A stretch of DNA of 64,000 bases, from positions 1 to 64,000 of the forward strand of contig CDROCS010005394.1 of the NCBI GenBank assembly GCA_977020255.1. Reading direction: 5' to 3'. Positions within the stretch are counted from its first letter, which is position 1. Each line of letters starts with the position of its first letter. This document shows, piece by piece, positions 8,814 to 18,687 of this stretch. The notes below the pieces were generated by a model that saw only the letters and a program-made list of their open reading frames with translations, was not told where the DNA came from and made no database searches. Made by a program: the position numbers and the translations under genes. The stretch is from Obrimoposthia wandeli. Its lineage: Eukaryota.

Positions 8814-10052
8814 TTGCATACTCTATCTCAGCTAAAATCTGGTGAATTAACAGGTATTAAGCGTTTAACATTATCTGAAAACCTAACCGCTTTCCCACTC
8901 GAGATCTTGTCACTGGCTGATAGCCTAGAGATCCTTGATTTATCCAATAACCAGTTAACCACGCTGCCAGAAGAGATAACCCAGTTAACCAAGTTGAAGA
9001 TTTTGTTTGCATCAAACAACTTATTTGTAACGCTACCTGAAGTACTTGGTCAGTGCCCAAATCTAGAAATGGTTGGCTTTAAATCAAACCAAATTAACCA
9101 AGTACCGGCCGCATCATTACCAATAAAATTACGTTGGTTGATCTTAACGGATAACCGTCTGGAAGTATTACCGGACTCGTTAGGTGAACGTCCGCGCTTA
9201 CAAAAGTTAGCACTCGCTGGCAACTGTTTAACAGCGTTACCGCAGACGATGTCTCAGTGTCATAACCTAGAGCTAGTACGTATTTCAGCTAACCGCCTGA
9301 CGGAATGCCCAGAACAGCTGTTCGGCTTGCCTAAACTGGCTTGGTTTGCCTTCTCGGGCAATCCATTTAGCCAAACTAACGTATCAATTGATAGCGTGCC
9401 GCAACTAGCATCATCAAGCTATACATTGCAAAATGTACTGGGCCAAGGCGCGTCTGGCGTGATCTCAAAAGCGGAGTGGAATGAGCAACAAACTCAGTTC
9501 CCTGATGAAATTGCAGTCAAAGTATTTAAAGGTGAAGTGACCAGTGATGGTTATCCAGAAGATGAGTTACAAGCGTGTTTGAAAGTCGGTAACCACCCTA
9601 GCCTAGTACAATCATTAGCACAGGTGAAAGAAGATGGTTACTTAGCGCTGATCATGAATTTGATCCCAGCTAATTACGCTAACTTAGGGTTACCGCCGTG
9701 CTTTAATAGCTGTACGCGTGATACCTTCCCGACAGACTTTAGCTTATCGATTACGCAAATTGATAAGATCGTCTCGCAGATGGATGACGTGTTTACGCAT
9801 TTACACGACAATCAAGTTTGTCATGGCGACTTGTACGCGCACAACACGCTGTTTGACGTTGACGCGGATATCATCTTTGGTGATTTTGGGGCGGCTACCA
9901 TGTACCACATGTTAACTGACACACAGCAAGCGCAAGTGAAACAAATAGAGAATCGTGCTTTACTGCATTTTATTGATGACTTACTAAGTGTATGTGCTGA
10001 AAACGATAAAGAAAGTGAAGTGTTTAAACGTCTGTTACAACGTGTAAGCTAA
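8814..10052 (+). CDS. Leucine-rich-repeat plus protein kinase-like domain protein
   Basis: About 7 LRRs (LEILDLSNNQLTTLP), then LGQGASG, IAVK, HGDLYAHN and DFG. Confidence 0.85.
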   Translation: MHTLSQLKSGELTGIKRLTLSENLTAFPLEILSLADSLEILDLSNNQLTTLPEEITQLTKLKILFASNNLFVTLPEVLGQCPNLEMVGFKSNQINQVPAASLPIKLRWLILTDNRLEVLPDSLGERPRLQKLALAGNCLTALPQTMSQCHNLELVRISANRLTECPEQLFGLPKLAWFAFSGNPFSQTNVSIDSVPQLASSSYTLQNVLGQGASGVISKAEWNEQQTQFPDEIAVKVFKGEVTSDGYPEDELQACLKVGNHPSLVQSLAQVKEDGYLALIMNLIPANYANLGLPPCFNSCTRDTFPTDFSLSITQIDKIVSQMDDVFTHLHDNQVCHGDLYAHNTLFDVDADIIFGDFGAATMYHMLTDTQQAQVKQIENRALLHFIDDLLSVCAENDKESEVFKRLLQRVS

Positions 10053-10061
10053 GCCGCTATT

Positions 10062-10106
10062 TAAACCCGTTCAATCTTCATCTACGAATGATATAAAACG
10101 GGTTTT
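10062..10106. terminator. Inverted repeat between convergent genes (probable bidirectional terminator)
   Basis: AAACCCGTT...AACGGGTTT. Confidence 0.45.
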
Positions 10107-10116
10107 ATGTGCACAG

Positions 10117-10557
10117 CTATAATTTGAATTTATTGTTCTTATAACGCGCCATTGCAGCAACGTCTTTATCAACTATCGTTTGTCCTATTGGGGCAAGCGA
10201 GATAACCGCTAATTTCAAGTGCTGTAGTGCAAACGGAATACCAATAATCGTCACGAAACAAGCAATCGCAGAAGCTACATGACCGAGTGCTAGCCATACT
10301 CCCGCAAAGATAAACCACAACGCATTACCGACGAATCCGAAACTACCAGTACCAATATCTTCAGCTCGCGTTAATTCATCTCGAAATATGGCTTCTTTAC
10401 CAAAAGGGAAAAATGAAAAACCAGCAATAACAAAGCAAGAACGACCCCAAGGAATACCGACAATACTAATACAGGCAAGAATGCCAAATAACACCCAAGC
10501 TAACCCCATCACCGCGCCACCAAATAGAAACCAAATTATATTACCCAGTGTTCTCAT
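10117..10557 (-). CDS. yccF: YccF inner membrane protein
   Basis: Two YccF repeats: GNIIWFLFGG...IVGIPWG and GNALWFIFAG...IIGIPFA. Confidence 0.88.
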   Translation of the reverse strand: MRTLGNIIWFLFGGAVMGLAWVLFGILACISIVGIPWGRSCFVIAGFSFFPFGKEAIFRDELTRAEDIGTGSFGFVGNALWFIFAGVWLALGHVASAIACFVTIIGIPFALQHLKLAVISLAPIGQTIVDKDVAAMARYKNNKFKL

Positions 10558-10934
10558 GTTATCGCCTCATATTACTACTTTAAATTACGACTAAAATCTA
10601 ATTCGATTTTTCACAGTACATTAACATTTAGACTACAAAGTAACGTTAAGATTCAACTTTATCTACTATTAAACATAATTAAATGAAATCGAATAAAATG
10701 CGTTATAAGTTAAATAGTAGCCAATAGGAATAAAAATAGCTGTAGACCTGTACTTTATTTAACCACAAACCTAAGTTACTACAATGCATCACAACATAAT
10801 TTATAACCAGTCCCCAGTATCTTATATAACTGTGCTGTCCGTCACCCTATCTAGCATTTATCCGATAATTTACCACTTAATCAATTACCATTATATTAGC
10901 AAATTAATAATCTTAACCTTGGCGCAGAAATAAA

Positions 10935-12209
10935 ATGAAGATAACACAAACTCACGCGATCGCTTTTTTCAGCGTTATCTTTATGCTAATGGCCAGTATT
11001 TCATTGTTTGCAGTACAAAAATTCCAATACTCGACCACAGCGTTATTGGCAAGCCGTACAGCTGAAGTTATCGCCACTACGGTGAATCAAGCACGCATTT
11101 CGTATAGTGCACGCATAATAGCATTGAGGTCGCACCCAGATATTACTGTCGAAGCCTTATATCATGGCAAACCATTATCACTACCCAACCCAACAACATT
11201 CGCCATTGAACTCGGTGAAGCCGTATCCAATCCAGAAACCGGTGTTATTGTACATACCTACAGCAGATATCCATTTAAAAGTAGAGCGTTGACAGGCGGC
11301 CCACAAGACAAATTTCAGCATGATGCACTTGCACACCTAACTACATCGCAACCGGTATTTGAGCGTATAGAAAAGTTGGACAAGAGACAGGTGCTACGCC
11401 ATGCAGAAGCTATTTTTATGGAGCAAAGTTGCGTTAATTGCCATAATTCACATCCCAATAGTCCTAAAAAAGATTGGCAAGTTGGCGATATTCGTGGCGC
11501 AATTGATGTCACAGTGCCTTTAAATGGCGGGAATGATGAGCTCGCCGCTATTGTTCGCTATTCTTATATCATCTTTATGGCGTTTTCGGTTATTAGCTTG
11601 CTGGGCATGTTTGTCACGCTTAAACGCACCCACCAGCAATCTAGAGAACTCGACAAAAAAGTAAAAATACGCACTACCATATTAAATGAAATGGCGTACA
11701 CAGATTCACTGACGTTAATTGCTAACCGCCGTTCATATGAAGAATTCTGTGATAATATCATCAATAAAAAATGTGCCAATAACCTGCCGTTAGCCATCAT
11801 TATTTATGATTTAGACCACTTTAAACAAATCAATGATCAATATGGTCATGACGTGGGTGATGAATGTTTAATTGCAACGGTAAACGCGGTTTCATCGATA
11901 CTCCCCAAAGGCAACGATTTTCATGCTCGCATTGGCGGGGAAGAATTTGCTATTATTTTAAAGCATGTATCAAACGATGAATTAGAACAAATAATACAAT
12001 GTGTACTGGAAAGTGTCAGAAAGGTTAAAATACCACAACATGCTGGTATCAAGATCACCTGCAGTATCGGCGCTACACTCGCGACTGAACTTAATGAACC
12101 AACGATTAAAAACATCGTTAAAACTGCTGATGATGCCCTCTATGAAGCAAAATCATTAGGCCGAGATCAATGGGTTAATAAGCCATATAATGTAAGTAAC
12201 AAACAGTAG
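10935..12209 (+). CDS. Diguanylate cyclase with periplasmic c-type heme (DUF3365/Tll0287-like) sensor
   Basis: Two TM helices flank a domain containing CVNCH and VGDIRGA. C-terminal TDSLTLIANRR, DLDHFKQINDQYGHDVGD and GGEEF. Confidence 0.85.
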   Translation: MKITQTHAIAFFSVIFMLMASISLFAVQKFQYSTTALLASRTAEVIATTVNQARISYSARIIALRSHPDITVEALYHGKPLSLPNPTTFAIELGEAVSNPETGVIVHTYSRYPFKSRALTGGPQDKFQHDALAHLTTSQPVFERIEKLDKRQVLRHAEAIFMEQSCVNCHNSHPNSPKKDWQVGDIRGAIDVTVPLNGGNDELAAIVRYSYIIFMAFSVISLLGMFVTLKRTHQQSRELDKKVKIRTTILNEMAYTDSLTLIANRRSYEEFCDNIINKKCANNLPLAIIIYDLDHFKQINDQYGHDVGDECLIATVNAVSSILPKGNDFHARIGGEEFAIILKHVSNDELEQIIQCVLESVRKVKIPQHAGIKITCSIGATLATELNEPTIKNIVKTADDALYEAKSLGRDQWVNKPYNVSNKQ

Positions 12210-12270
12210 GTCTATACATAATAGTGATATTCAAACGTTCATCATCATTGCACTTATACGACTGAGATGG

Positions 12271-12768
12271 CTAAAGAGTCTTTTCAAAATACTGGATTGC
12301 CACGCCTTGATGAACACCTTGTTCACGGAGCGTGAATTTCAATTTAATGAGGATGTGTTGAGAGGGGGTATTATCAGGTTCAGTAAATGCAAACACTCGC
12401 TGATAGCCAATTTGTGTAGCAAATGCTAATACTGCTTTGCTTGCTTCAAATGCATAACCTTTACCTCTAGCCGAGAGCTTCAAGCGGTAACCTAACTCTA
12501 CTTCGGCAGCATTTTCATATTCAAATGATTCTATTCCACAATAGCCAATAAGCTCACCGCTTGACCGTTCAATCACAGCAAGCTTGCCTATTCCACTGTC
12601 CTCAAATGCTCTTAGAAGTGAGCTAAAACGGCGTTCAGCTTGAGAACGCGTCATTACCCCTGTTGGTGAATAAACCATAAAATCCGTATCTGATAATAGA
12701 CCAATAATAGTCTCTTTATCAGATAGCGAAAAGGCACGTAAGTTAAGCCGTTTGGTCAGTAGCATCAC
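12271..12768 (-). CDS. RimJ/RimL-type GNAT acetyltransferase
   Basis: LTKRLNLR, ELGYRL, RGKGYAFEA and DNTPSQHIL motifs. Confidence 0.8.
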   Translation of the reverse strand: MMLLTKRLNLRAFSLSDKETIIGLLSDTDFMVYSPTGVMTRSQAERRFSSLLRAFEDSGIGKLAVIERSSGELIGYCGIESFEYENAAEVELGYRLKLSARGKGYAFEASKAVLAFATQIGYQRVFAFTEPDNTPSQHILIKLKFTLREQGVHQGVAIQYFEKTL

Positions 12769-12786
12769 TATAATTCCTCCGTGCCA

Positions 12787-13092
12787 CTAACTAAATACTG
12801 GTCTAAAAAAGCTACGTTCATAACTCACAATACAGTTAGTATCTTCTGCAAATTGAAACGCTTTAATACATGCATCGTCATCTACTGACTTAAGGCGATA
12901 TTCTTCATAAGCCGCTAAACTTGGAAACGAAAACAAAGCCAATGCGATATTGCTAGCCCCTTCTGAAGGTAAGAAGTAACCACTGTGTTGTCCGCCAAAT
13001 GTCTCAACAAGCGGAATCCACATTTTAGCGTATTCTTCAAACTCTCTAACCTTCGATGCATCAATCACATATTTTACATAACAAGTAATCAT
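12787..13092 (-). CDS. NIPSNAP family protein
   Basis: ITCYVKY, GGQHSGYFLPSEG and FPSLAAYEEYR motifs. Confidence 0.8.
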   Translation of the reverse strand: MITCYVKYVIDASKVREFEEYAKMWIPLVETFGGQHSGYFLPSEGASNIALALFSFPSLAAYEEYRLKSVDDDACIKAFQFAEDTNCIVSYERSFFRPVFS

Positions 13093-13146
13093 CTATGCTA
13101 ACTCCCTTTAGGTGATGTCTATATTCCCATATCAAGATTTATATTA

Positions 13147-14034
13147 TCATGACTTTTCTCGCGTTAACCACCAACATATTAACGAGGCGACGGTTACCAT
13201 CACCACACCTTGCCAAAACTTGGTAGTCAGTTCGATATTAAGTATCATAGCCGAAAAGAATGTCGATAAAATCGGAGTAAAATACGATAGCGTCGCTAAA
13301 AACACCATGTTGCCACCGAGAATACCAATATTCCACAATGCATAACCACTGCCCATGACAATACCCGCAAGTAACAAATCAAACGTCGCGTCGGGGGTAA
13401 ATACCATCGCAGGTTCATTACTGATTAAATATTTAATCCACAATGCAATCGCAGTACCGATAAAGAACCAAGTAATACCATTCATGCCGTTAGCGAGTTT
13501 CTTGGTGATATTGCAATAAAATGCCCAAATAAAGGCACCAAAAAAGGCCATCGAATAGCTCGCCGGATTAGTGGCGATATTACTGCTGAGCTGACTAATC
13601 GAAATACCTTCATCACCGCCAACCGTCCAAGCAACGCCAAAGAACGACAATGCGATAGCAGGATACAAGAGTTTATTAACGGGTTTGTGACTCATAAACA
13701 CCGCCATTAACACTGTTAACGAAGGCCATAGATAGTTAATCACTCCCATCTCTACCGCTTGGGTGCGATCGTTCGCCATTCCCAGCGCTAAAGACAAGCA
13801 AATTTCATAACTCACAAACAAGCCACCACCAATGAGCAGATAACGAGGCGGGAAAAGTTTCAGCTTAGGCGCGCCTAAAAACACCCACAAAAATACCGAA
13901 CTAACGGTATAGATCATGGCAGCGCCACCAATAGGGCCCAATTGCTCGGCAACATTACGAATAAGCCCTACAATAGTGCTCCATAATAAAATAGCTAAAC
14001 AGCCTGCGAGGGTAAATTTATGGGTGTTGAACAA
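13147..14034 (-). CDS. yddG: Aromatic amino acid exporter YddG (DMT/EamA family)
   Basis: AILLWS, YEICLSLALG, VINYLWP and SYFTPILS; about 10 TM helices. Confidence 0.8.
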   Translation of the reverse strand: MFNTHKFTLAGCLAILLWSTIVGLIRNVAEQLGPIGGAAMIYTVSSVFLWVFLGAPKLKLFPPRYLLIGGGLFVSYEICLSLALGMANDRTQAVEMGVINYLWPSLTVLMAVFMSHKPVNKLLYPAIALSFFGVAWTVGGDEGISISQLSSNIATNPASYSMAFFGAFIWAFYCNITKKLANGMNGITWFFIGTAIALWIKYLISNEPAMVFTPDATFDLLLAGIVMGSGYALWNIGILGGNMVFLATLSYFTPILSTFFSAMILNIELTTKFWQGVVMVTVASLICWWLTREKS

Positions 14035-14089
14035 GTGGTAACCTTTTGCTTAGCGATCAATGAGTCGTCATCGATTGTCGGAATATAAA

Positions 14090-14297
14090 TGCCTCGAATA
14101 CTATCAATATCAACAACATCAATCTGCTGCGATGTTAAATATTCGGCTGCGTACTGACTGTATACGCCAGTAGTTAGGAACAAGTCAAATAATTCCCGAT
14201 CCAGGTGTTTATTTTTGACCATATTCGCCATGATTTTCATGGCTAAACTTAACGATTTTGCATCTTTATAACGATCTTCAGCTGTTAACGTTCCCAC
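14090..14297 (-). pseudogene. C-terminal remnant of an HD-GYP phosphodiesterase
   Basis: TLTAEDR-YKDAKSLSLAMKIM...HLDRELFDLFLTTGVY...IDVVDI matches the HD-GYP tail (LTAxDRPYK). The Pro is missing, an in-frame TAA lies just upstream, and there is no HD core. Confidence 0.7.
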
Positions 14298-14626
14298 TGC
14301 AGCGATTAAGGCACCAAAATCACCACCGTAAAATAAGACTTAAGGCTGTCGCTTGTTTACACTGCTTGGGACAGGGTCGTTAAAACATCGAGCGGAATTT
14401 AATCCCGATTTGATTGCGAGCCAAAAAAATCATATTGATTTATAAATTATTTTATATATGGCAGATATATTACTTTTTATGGCGCTTGCTTTTTGGGTTA
14501 CATTAGCTGTTATTTCGGCATATTTGAATCGTGGATTGTTGGATTAGACATTATCTGACATTGAAACTGAATACAGAAGGGGTAATCTCTCGCACCACAG
14601 AGGATGCGAGAAACATAGAATAGTGA

Positions 14627-14905
14627 TTAGCTACGGCTAGTCACTTCTAATAAGTGATAACCAAATTGCGTTTTCACTGGGCCTTGAACTGTATTTACAG
14701 GTGCTGAAAATACAACTTTATCGAATTCTGGAACCATCATACCTGGACCAAATTTACCTAAATCACCGCCTTTAGCGCCTGATGGGCAATTTGAATGTTG
14801 CTTTGCAACTTCAGCAAAATCAGTACCCGCTTCAATTTGCGCTTTTAGTTCATTACATTTTGCTTCGTCGTCTACTAAAATGTGTCGTGCTGTTGCTTGA
14901 GCCAT
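14627..14905 (-). CDS. ppiC: Parvulin peptidyl-prolyl isomerase
   Basis: ATARHILV, HSNCPSGAKGGDLG and TQFGYHLL; 92 aa from ATG 14905. Confidence 0.92.
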   Translation of the reverse strand: MAQATARHILVDDEAKCNELKAQIEAGTDFAEVAKQHSNCPSGAKGGDLGKFGPGMMVPEFDKVVFSAPVNTVQGPVKTQFGYHLLEVTSRS

Positions 14906-15081
14906 GTTTTTTTCCTTTATTTTACGAGGTGATATAAATTTAAAATAAGTGTAAGGCAAAAAAATAAAAAAGGCGAGGAGTGGTGAATATTTACCCTATT
15001 CGTTCAAATCGGCACTAAGCATAAATTTTAATTTAATACGCGCCAAAGAAGCTACATTCATGACTCTCTACCCCGCTTACT

Positions 15082-15675
15082 TTAAGCCATTTCACGCCAC
15101 TGATAATACTTGGTTTGCGCTAATGCCAACATAGGTAAATCCTCTTCGGTATCACCATATGCAAACACAGCGTCAAATTCAGTAAGATCAATACGACGAT
15201 GTATGAAGACTACTTTGTTTTCACCGCCACAATCACCTTGGATATAATGACCAGTCAGCACTGAATCGTTTGATTCCAATTCACTGCATATAAGTTCTAA
15301 ATCATGTGCTTTGCACCAGAAGTAGAGATAGGCATTTAATGACGCTGAGACGACAACTATTTTATCTCCGCGGCTTTTATGCCAGTTAATCTGCTCCATT
15401 GCCTTTGGTCTTAATACAGAAGGTAAATAATCCGTTGCAAACCGTGATCCCAGCTCAAGCACCTGCTGTTCACTGCGATGCCAAAATGCAAATTTCGCTA
15501 AAAGAGGCCTGATTCTAGCAGCCGGAAATAAGCCTAACTTGTGTAATAAGATAACTGGGGATAGCAGTACCATGCCTGCAATTAAGCGATGCTTGGGGGT
15601 AGCGTAAAAGATGAATTTGGTAAACGCATCTTCATGGGTGATCGTACCGTCAAAATCAAAAAATGCGATGTCCAC
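15082..15675 (-). CDS. HAD-IB family hydrolase
   Basis: FFDFDGT, VVVSAS, K and AYGDTEED motifs. Confidence 0.85.
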   Translation of the reverse strand: MDIAFFDFDGTITHEDAFTKFIFYATPKHRLIAGMVLLSPVILLHKLGLFPAARIRPLLAKFAFWHRSEQQVLELGSRFATDYLPSVLRPKAMEQINWHKSRGDKIVVVSASLNAYLYFWCKAHDLELICSELESNDSVLTGHYIQGDCGGENKVVFIHRRIDLTEFDAVFAYGDTEEDLPMLALAQTKYYQWREMA

Positions 15676-15773
15676 TGGCTTTCCTTTAAATCTTAAGTTT
15701 CTAATTATCTAATGAATAATATCTTAACAATCATACGTTATCTGGTAAATGTTCTGAGGACATCCGCTTTAAT

Positions 15774-17567
15774 TTAATTAAGTACAGCAAAGACCAGTAG
15801 TACAGTAAGTAATAGACAAAAACCTTGCCAAAAGACGAGAGGGTCACGCTCTATCATTGGCAGTTTGTGACACAATAAAGCTTCGGGATTAGGATGGTAG
15901 AGATCATGAATAAACTCACCTACTTCGGCATAACGCTTATTAGGCTCAACCGCTAAGGCTTTATTTAACGCAAAATCGACCCAATGTGGGACATTATTAT
16001 CATGATGACATGCCGATATGTAGCGCAGTCGTTGCTGAGCTTTTCGGCTGTGTGACTTAGCGACCTCGTTACCATAAGGTAGTCGCCCCGTTAGCAGTTG
16101 ATAAGTAATGACCGCTAATGAGAAGATATCGGCTCTATTATTGCCTTGTTCACCAACAAAATACTCTGGAGCGGTATATTGCGCGGTCCCCAAGATATCA
16201 ACGGTATCATTGCCAGTTTCGGCAATACCCGCGACTCGAATAGCGCCAAAATCAATAATTTTCACCGTACCTGCAATATCAATCATGATGTTATTAGGAC
16301 GGATATCTTGATGCACCATCTCTTGGCGATGCAAAGCCTGTAACCCTTTGGCTATCTGCCTAACAATGTCACGAACCACGTCCAAATCGGGCTTGGGGTT
16401 ATCATTAAACCACTGTGCTAAGTGCTTACCCTCAATATATTCAGTAACGGTATACAGGTAATTTCGCGCTTGTATGGGTTTGATCGCCTTTAACACGTGT
16501 ACATTATTAATCCGATTAGCAATCCAATCTTCCATCAATAAGCTTTCTCGATAATTAGCATCATTACGGAGCTCTACTGACGGTGTTTTTAAAACCACTA
16601 ACTCTTGGGTCGCTAGCTGTTTGGCCAAAAACACATGACTGCGGCTACTGATATAAATATCACGTACTATTTCATACCCATCAAACACTTGCTTAGGCTG
16701 TAATACCGGAGGCAAAGGCAGTAACATGGCTTGCGCTTGGATCTCAGCATAGCCAGTTTCGGGTAAACTATTAACACGTACAATCTGAATTGATACGTTA
16801 TCATCACTCCCCGCCGCAAGTGCCATTGCCACTAAGTCATTCGCGATATCATCAAATAAAGTGTCGGTATGTTGTTCAGCAGATAGTATGGATGGTGCTA
16901 TTGATTTGTTTATCGATTTTTTTATCGATTTGTTAATAAACAGCGCAATCGTTTTATTGGTCAAAAATTCATGTACACCATCGGTGGTAAACACAAATAT
17001 ATCACCTCTGCTTAGTGGCAAAGCCTGATAATCGATCTCTAATGATTGATGGATACCCAAAGCATGGGTTAAATAGCTATTTTTGTCATCGACACTGCGC
17101 CGGTGATCTTGAGTTAGTTGCTCTAAAGTTTCACCTACAAGTCTAAATATACGTGAATCACCGCAATGAAATAGATGCGCTATATGGGATTTAAATACCG
17201 CCGCACTAAAGGTACAAACATAACCTTTATCTAAATCATGCCGATTCGGGCTGTCTTGACCCTGAGCATAAAGCCAATAATTCGTTGCTTTTAATACTTT
17301 CAACGCAGCTGTTTTAACCGACCACGCATCACTCGTACAATAGTAATCGGCGATAAAGCCAGTGACAGCCGTGTTACTGGCTATCTGACTGACGTCACTC
17401 GAACTTATCCCATCCGCAATGGCTACCACAGCCCCCTTCGTACTTAACACTGATGCAGGAGGAACAAATACCCCAACACAATCTTGATTACGCGGTTTTA
17501 TGCCGGCATGGGTAGCTTTGCCAATGCTCAGCGTTAATGATTTTTGCACATTAACACCTCGCATCAA
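15774..17567 (-). CDS. Bifunctional PP2C phosphatase and Ser/Thr kinase with C-terminal TM helix
   Basis: RNQD, ADG, HCGDSR, TTDG and SDDN (PP2C); VVLK, HQDIRPNN, IIDFG and YTAPE (kinase). Confidence 0.88.
   Translation of the reverse strand: MMRGVNVQKSLTLSIGKATHAGIKPRNQDCVGVFVPPASVLSTKGAVVAIADGISSSDVSQIASNTAVTGFIADYYCTSDAWSVKTAALKVLKATNYWLYAQGQDSPNRHDLDKGYVCTFSAAVFKSHIAHLFHCGDSRIFRLVGETLEQLTQDHRRSVDDKNSYLTHALGIHQSLEIDYQALPLSRGDIFVFTTDGVHEFLTNKTIALFINKSIKKSINKSIAPSILSAEQHTDTLFDDIANDLVAMALAAGSDDNVSIQIVRVNSLPETGYAEIQAQAMLLPLPPVLQPKQVFDGYEIVRDIYISSRSHVFLAKQLATQELVVLKTPSVELRNDANYRESLLMEDWIANRINNVHVLKAIKPIQARNYLYTVTEYIEGKHLAQWFNDNPKPDLDVVRDIVRQIAKGLQALHRQEMVHQDIRPNNIMIDIAGTVKIIDFGAIRVAGIAETGNDTVDILGTAQYTAPEYFVGEQGNNRADIFSLAVITYQLLTGRLPYGNEVAKSHSRKAQQRLRYISACHHDNNVPHWVDFALNKALAVEPNKRYAEVGEFIHDLYHPNPEALLCHKLPMIERDPLVFWQGFCLLLTVLLVFAVLN
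16903..16938. repeat. 12-bp x3 in-frame repeat encoding INKS-IKKS-INKS
   Basis: Read directly within the PP2C domain. Confidence 0.75.
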
Positions 17568-17587
17568 AGCTTCCGGGATTAATCATC

Positions 17588-18433
17588 TTATTTCAACGCA
17601 TTCATGTTGTTAGTCGGCAATACTGGTGACTTACGTTGCGCAGAGGTTTTAACATGGGTGATATACAGCGGTAAACCAACTAATAATAAACCACCGGCTA
17701 AGTTACCCAATACAGTTGGGAGTTCATTCCAAATAAGGTAATCCATTAACGTGAATTCACCGCCCATAATCATCGAGAATGGGAATAAAAACATATTTAC
17801 AATCGAGTGCTCAAACCCCATATAGAAGAACAACATGATAGGCATCCACATCGCCAACATTTTACCGGTTGCAGAGGTTGAAATCATCGCACCGACAACG
17901 CCCATCGACACCATCCAGTTACACAACATGCCGCGAATAAAAATAGTAAACCAACCAGCCGTGCCGAACTCCTGATAACCCAATGTACGCGCTTCACCAA
18001 TACTACTCACTTTCGCGGCCAACGATCCGCCGTCGGTATTGTAGCCATAAGTTAAAATAAACGAAGCAAAAAAAGCCACAGTTAACGCACCACCTAGGTT
18101 ACCTAAAAATACCAGTCCCCAGTTACGTAAAAGCTGATCGATAGTACAACCAGGTCGTTTATCGATGACAGCCAAAGGGACAAGTGTGAACACCCCTGTT
18201 AACAGGTCAAATTTCATTAAATACAGCATAATAAAACCGACTGGGAATAAAACGGCTCCGAGTAACGGTTGTCCCGTTTTAACAATCACGGTAATCGCAA
18301 AAAAAGCGGCTAAGGCTAAAATAGCGCCAGCCATAAAAGATCGAACTAATGTATCTTGGGTGGACATAAATATTTTCTGTTCACCGGCATCGACCATCTT
18401 GGTCACAAATTCTTTTGGTTCAATGTAAGACAT
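17588..18433 (-). CDS. Formate/nitrite transporter (FNT) family channel
   Basis: LFPVG, DLLTG, GMLCNWMV and GFEHSIVNMF motifs. ATG 18433 has GGAG at 7 nt. Confidence 0.88.
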   Translation of the reverse strand: MSYIEPKEFVTKMVDAGEQKIFMSTQDTLVRSFMAGAILALAAFFAITVIVKTGQPLLGAVLFPVGFIMLYLMKFDLLTGVFTLVPLAVIDKRPGCTIDQLLRNWGLVFLGNLGGALTVAFFASFILTYGYNTDGGSLAAKVSSIGEARTLGYQEFGTAGWFTIFIRGMLCNWMVSMGVVGAMISTSATGKMLAMWMPIMLFFYMGFEHSIVNMFLFPFSMIMGGEFTLMDYLIWNELPTVLGNLAGGLLLVGLPLYITHVKTSAQRKSPVLPTNNMNALK

Positions 18434-18469
18434 TGACATACTCCCTGTAATGTTAATTAAACTACAAGT

Positions 18470-18486
18470 AGCCATTTCTATGCCAA
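18470..18486 (-). promoter_or_regulatory. Sigma54 -24/-12 promoter
   Basis: TTGGCATAGAAATGGCT, i.e. GG-N10-GC, 36 nt upstream of the FNT start. Confidence 0.6.
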
Positions 18487-18549
18487 GTTTAAATAGTACA
18501 ATAAAATCAAAAGCTTACGCGCAAAGATCATGTAGTAATAGGGATAAGA

Positions 18550-18566
18550 AGCACCATTAAAGTGCA
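18550..18566. promoter_or_regulatory. NtrC-like enhancer site
   Basis: AGCACCA-TTA-AAGTGCA versus TGCACCA-N3-TGGTGCA (11 of 14), about 65 bp upstream of the sigma54 element. Confidence 0.5.
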
Positions 18567-18687
18567 GAAAGGTCTATGAGTTGCTCATAAATAGGTAGGA
18601 CGAGTGACTTAACCTCTTTATCATCAAGTCCTTGACCTGCCGAAGCACTTAAAATTAGCACCAAACCAATTAACCTCGGCGCGACAC

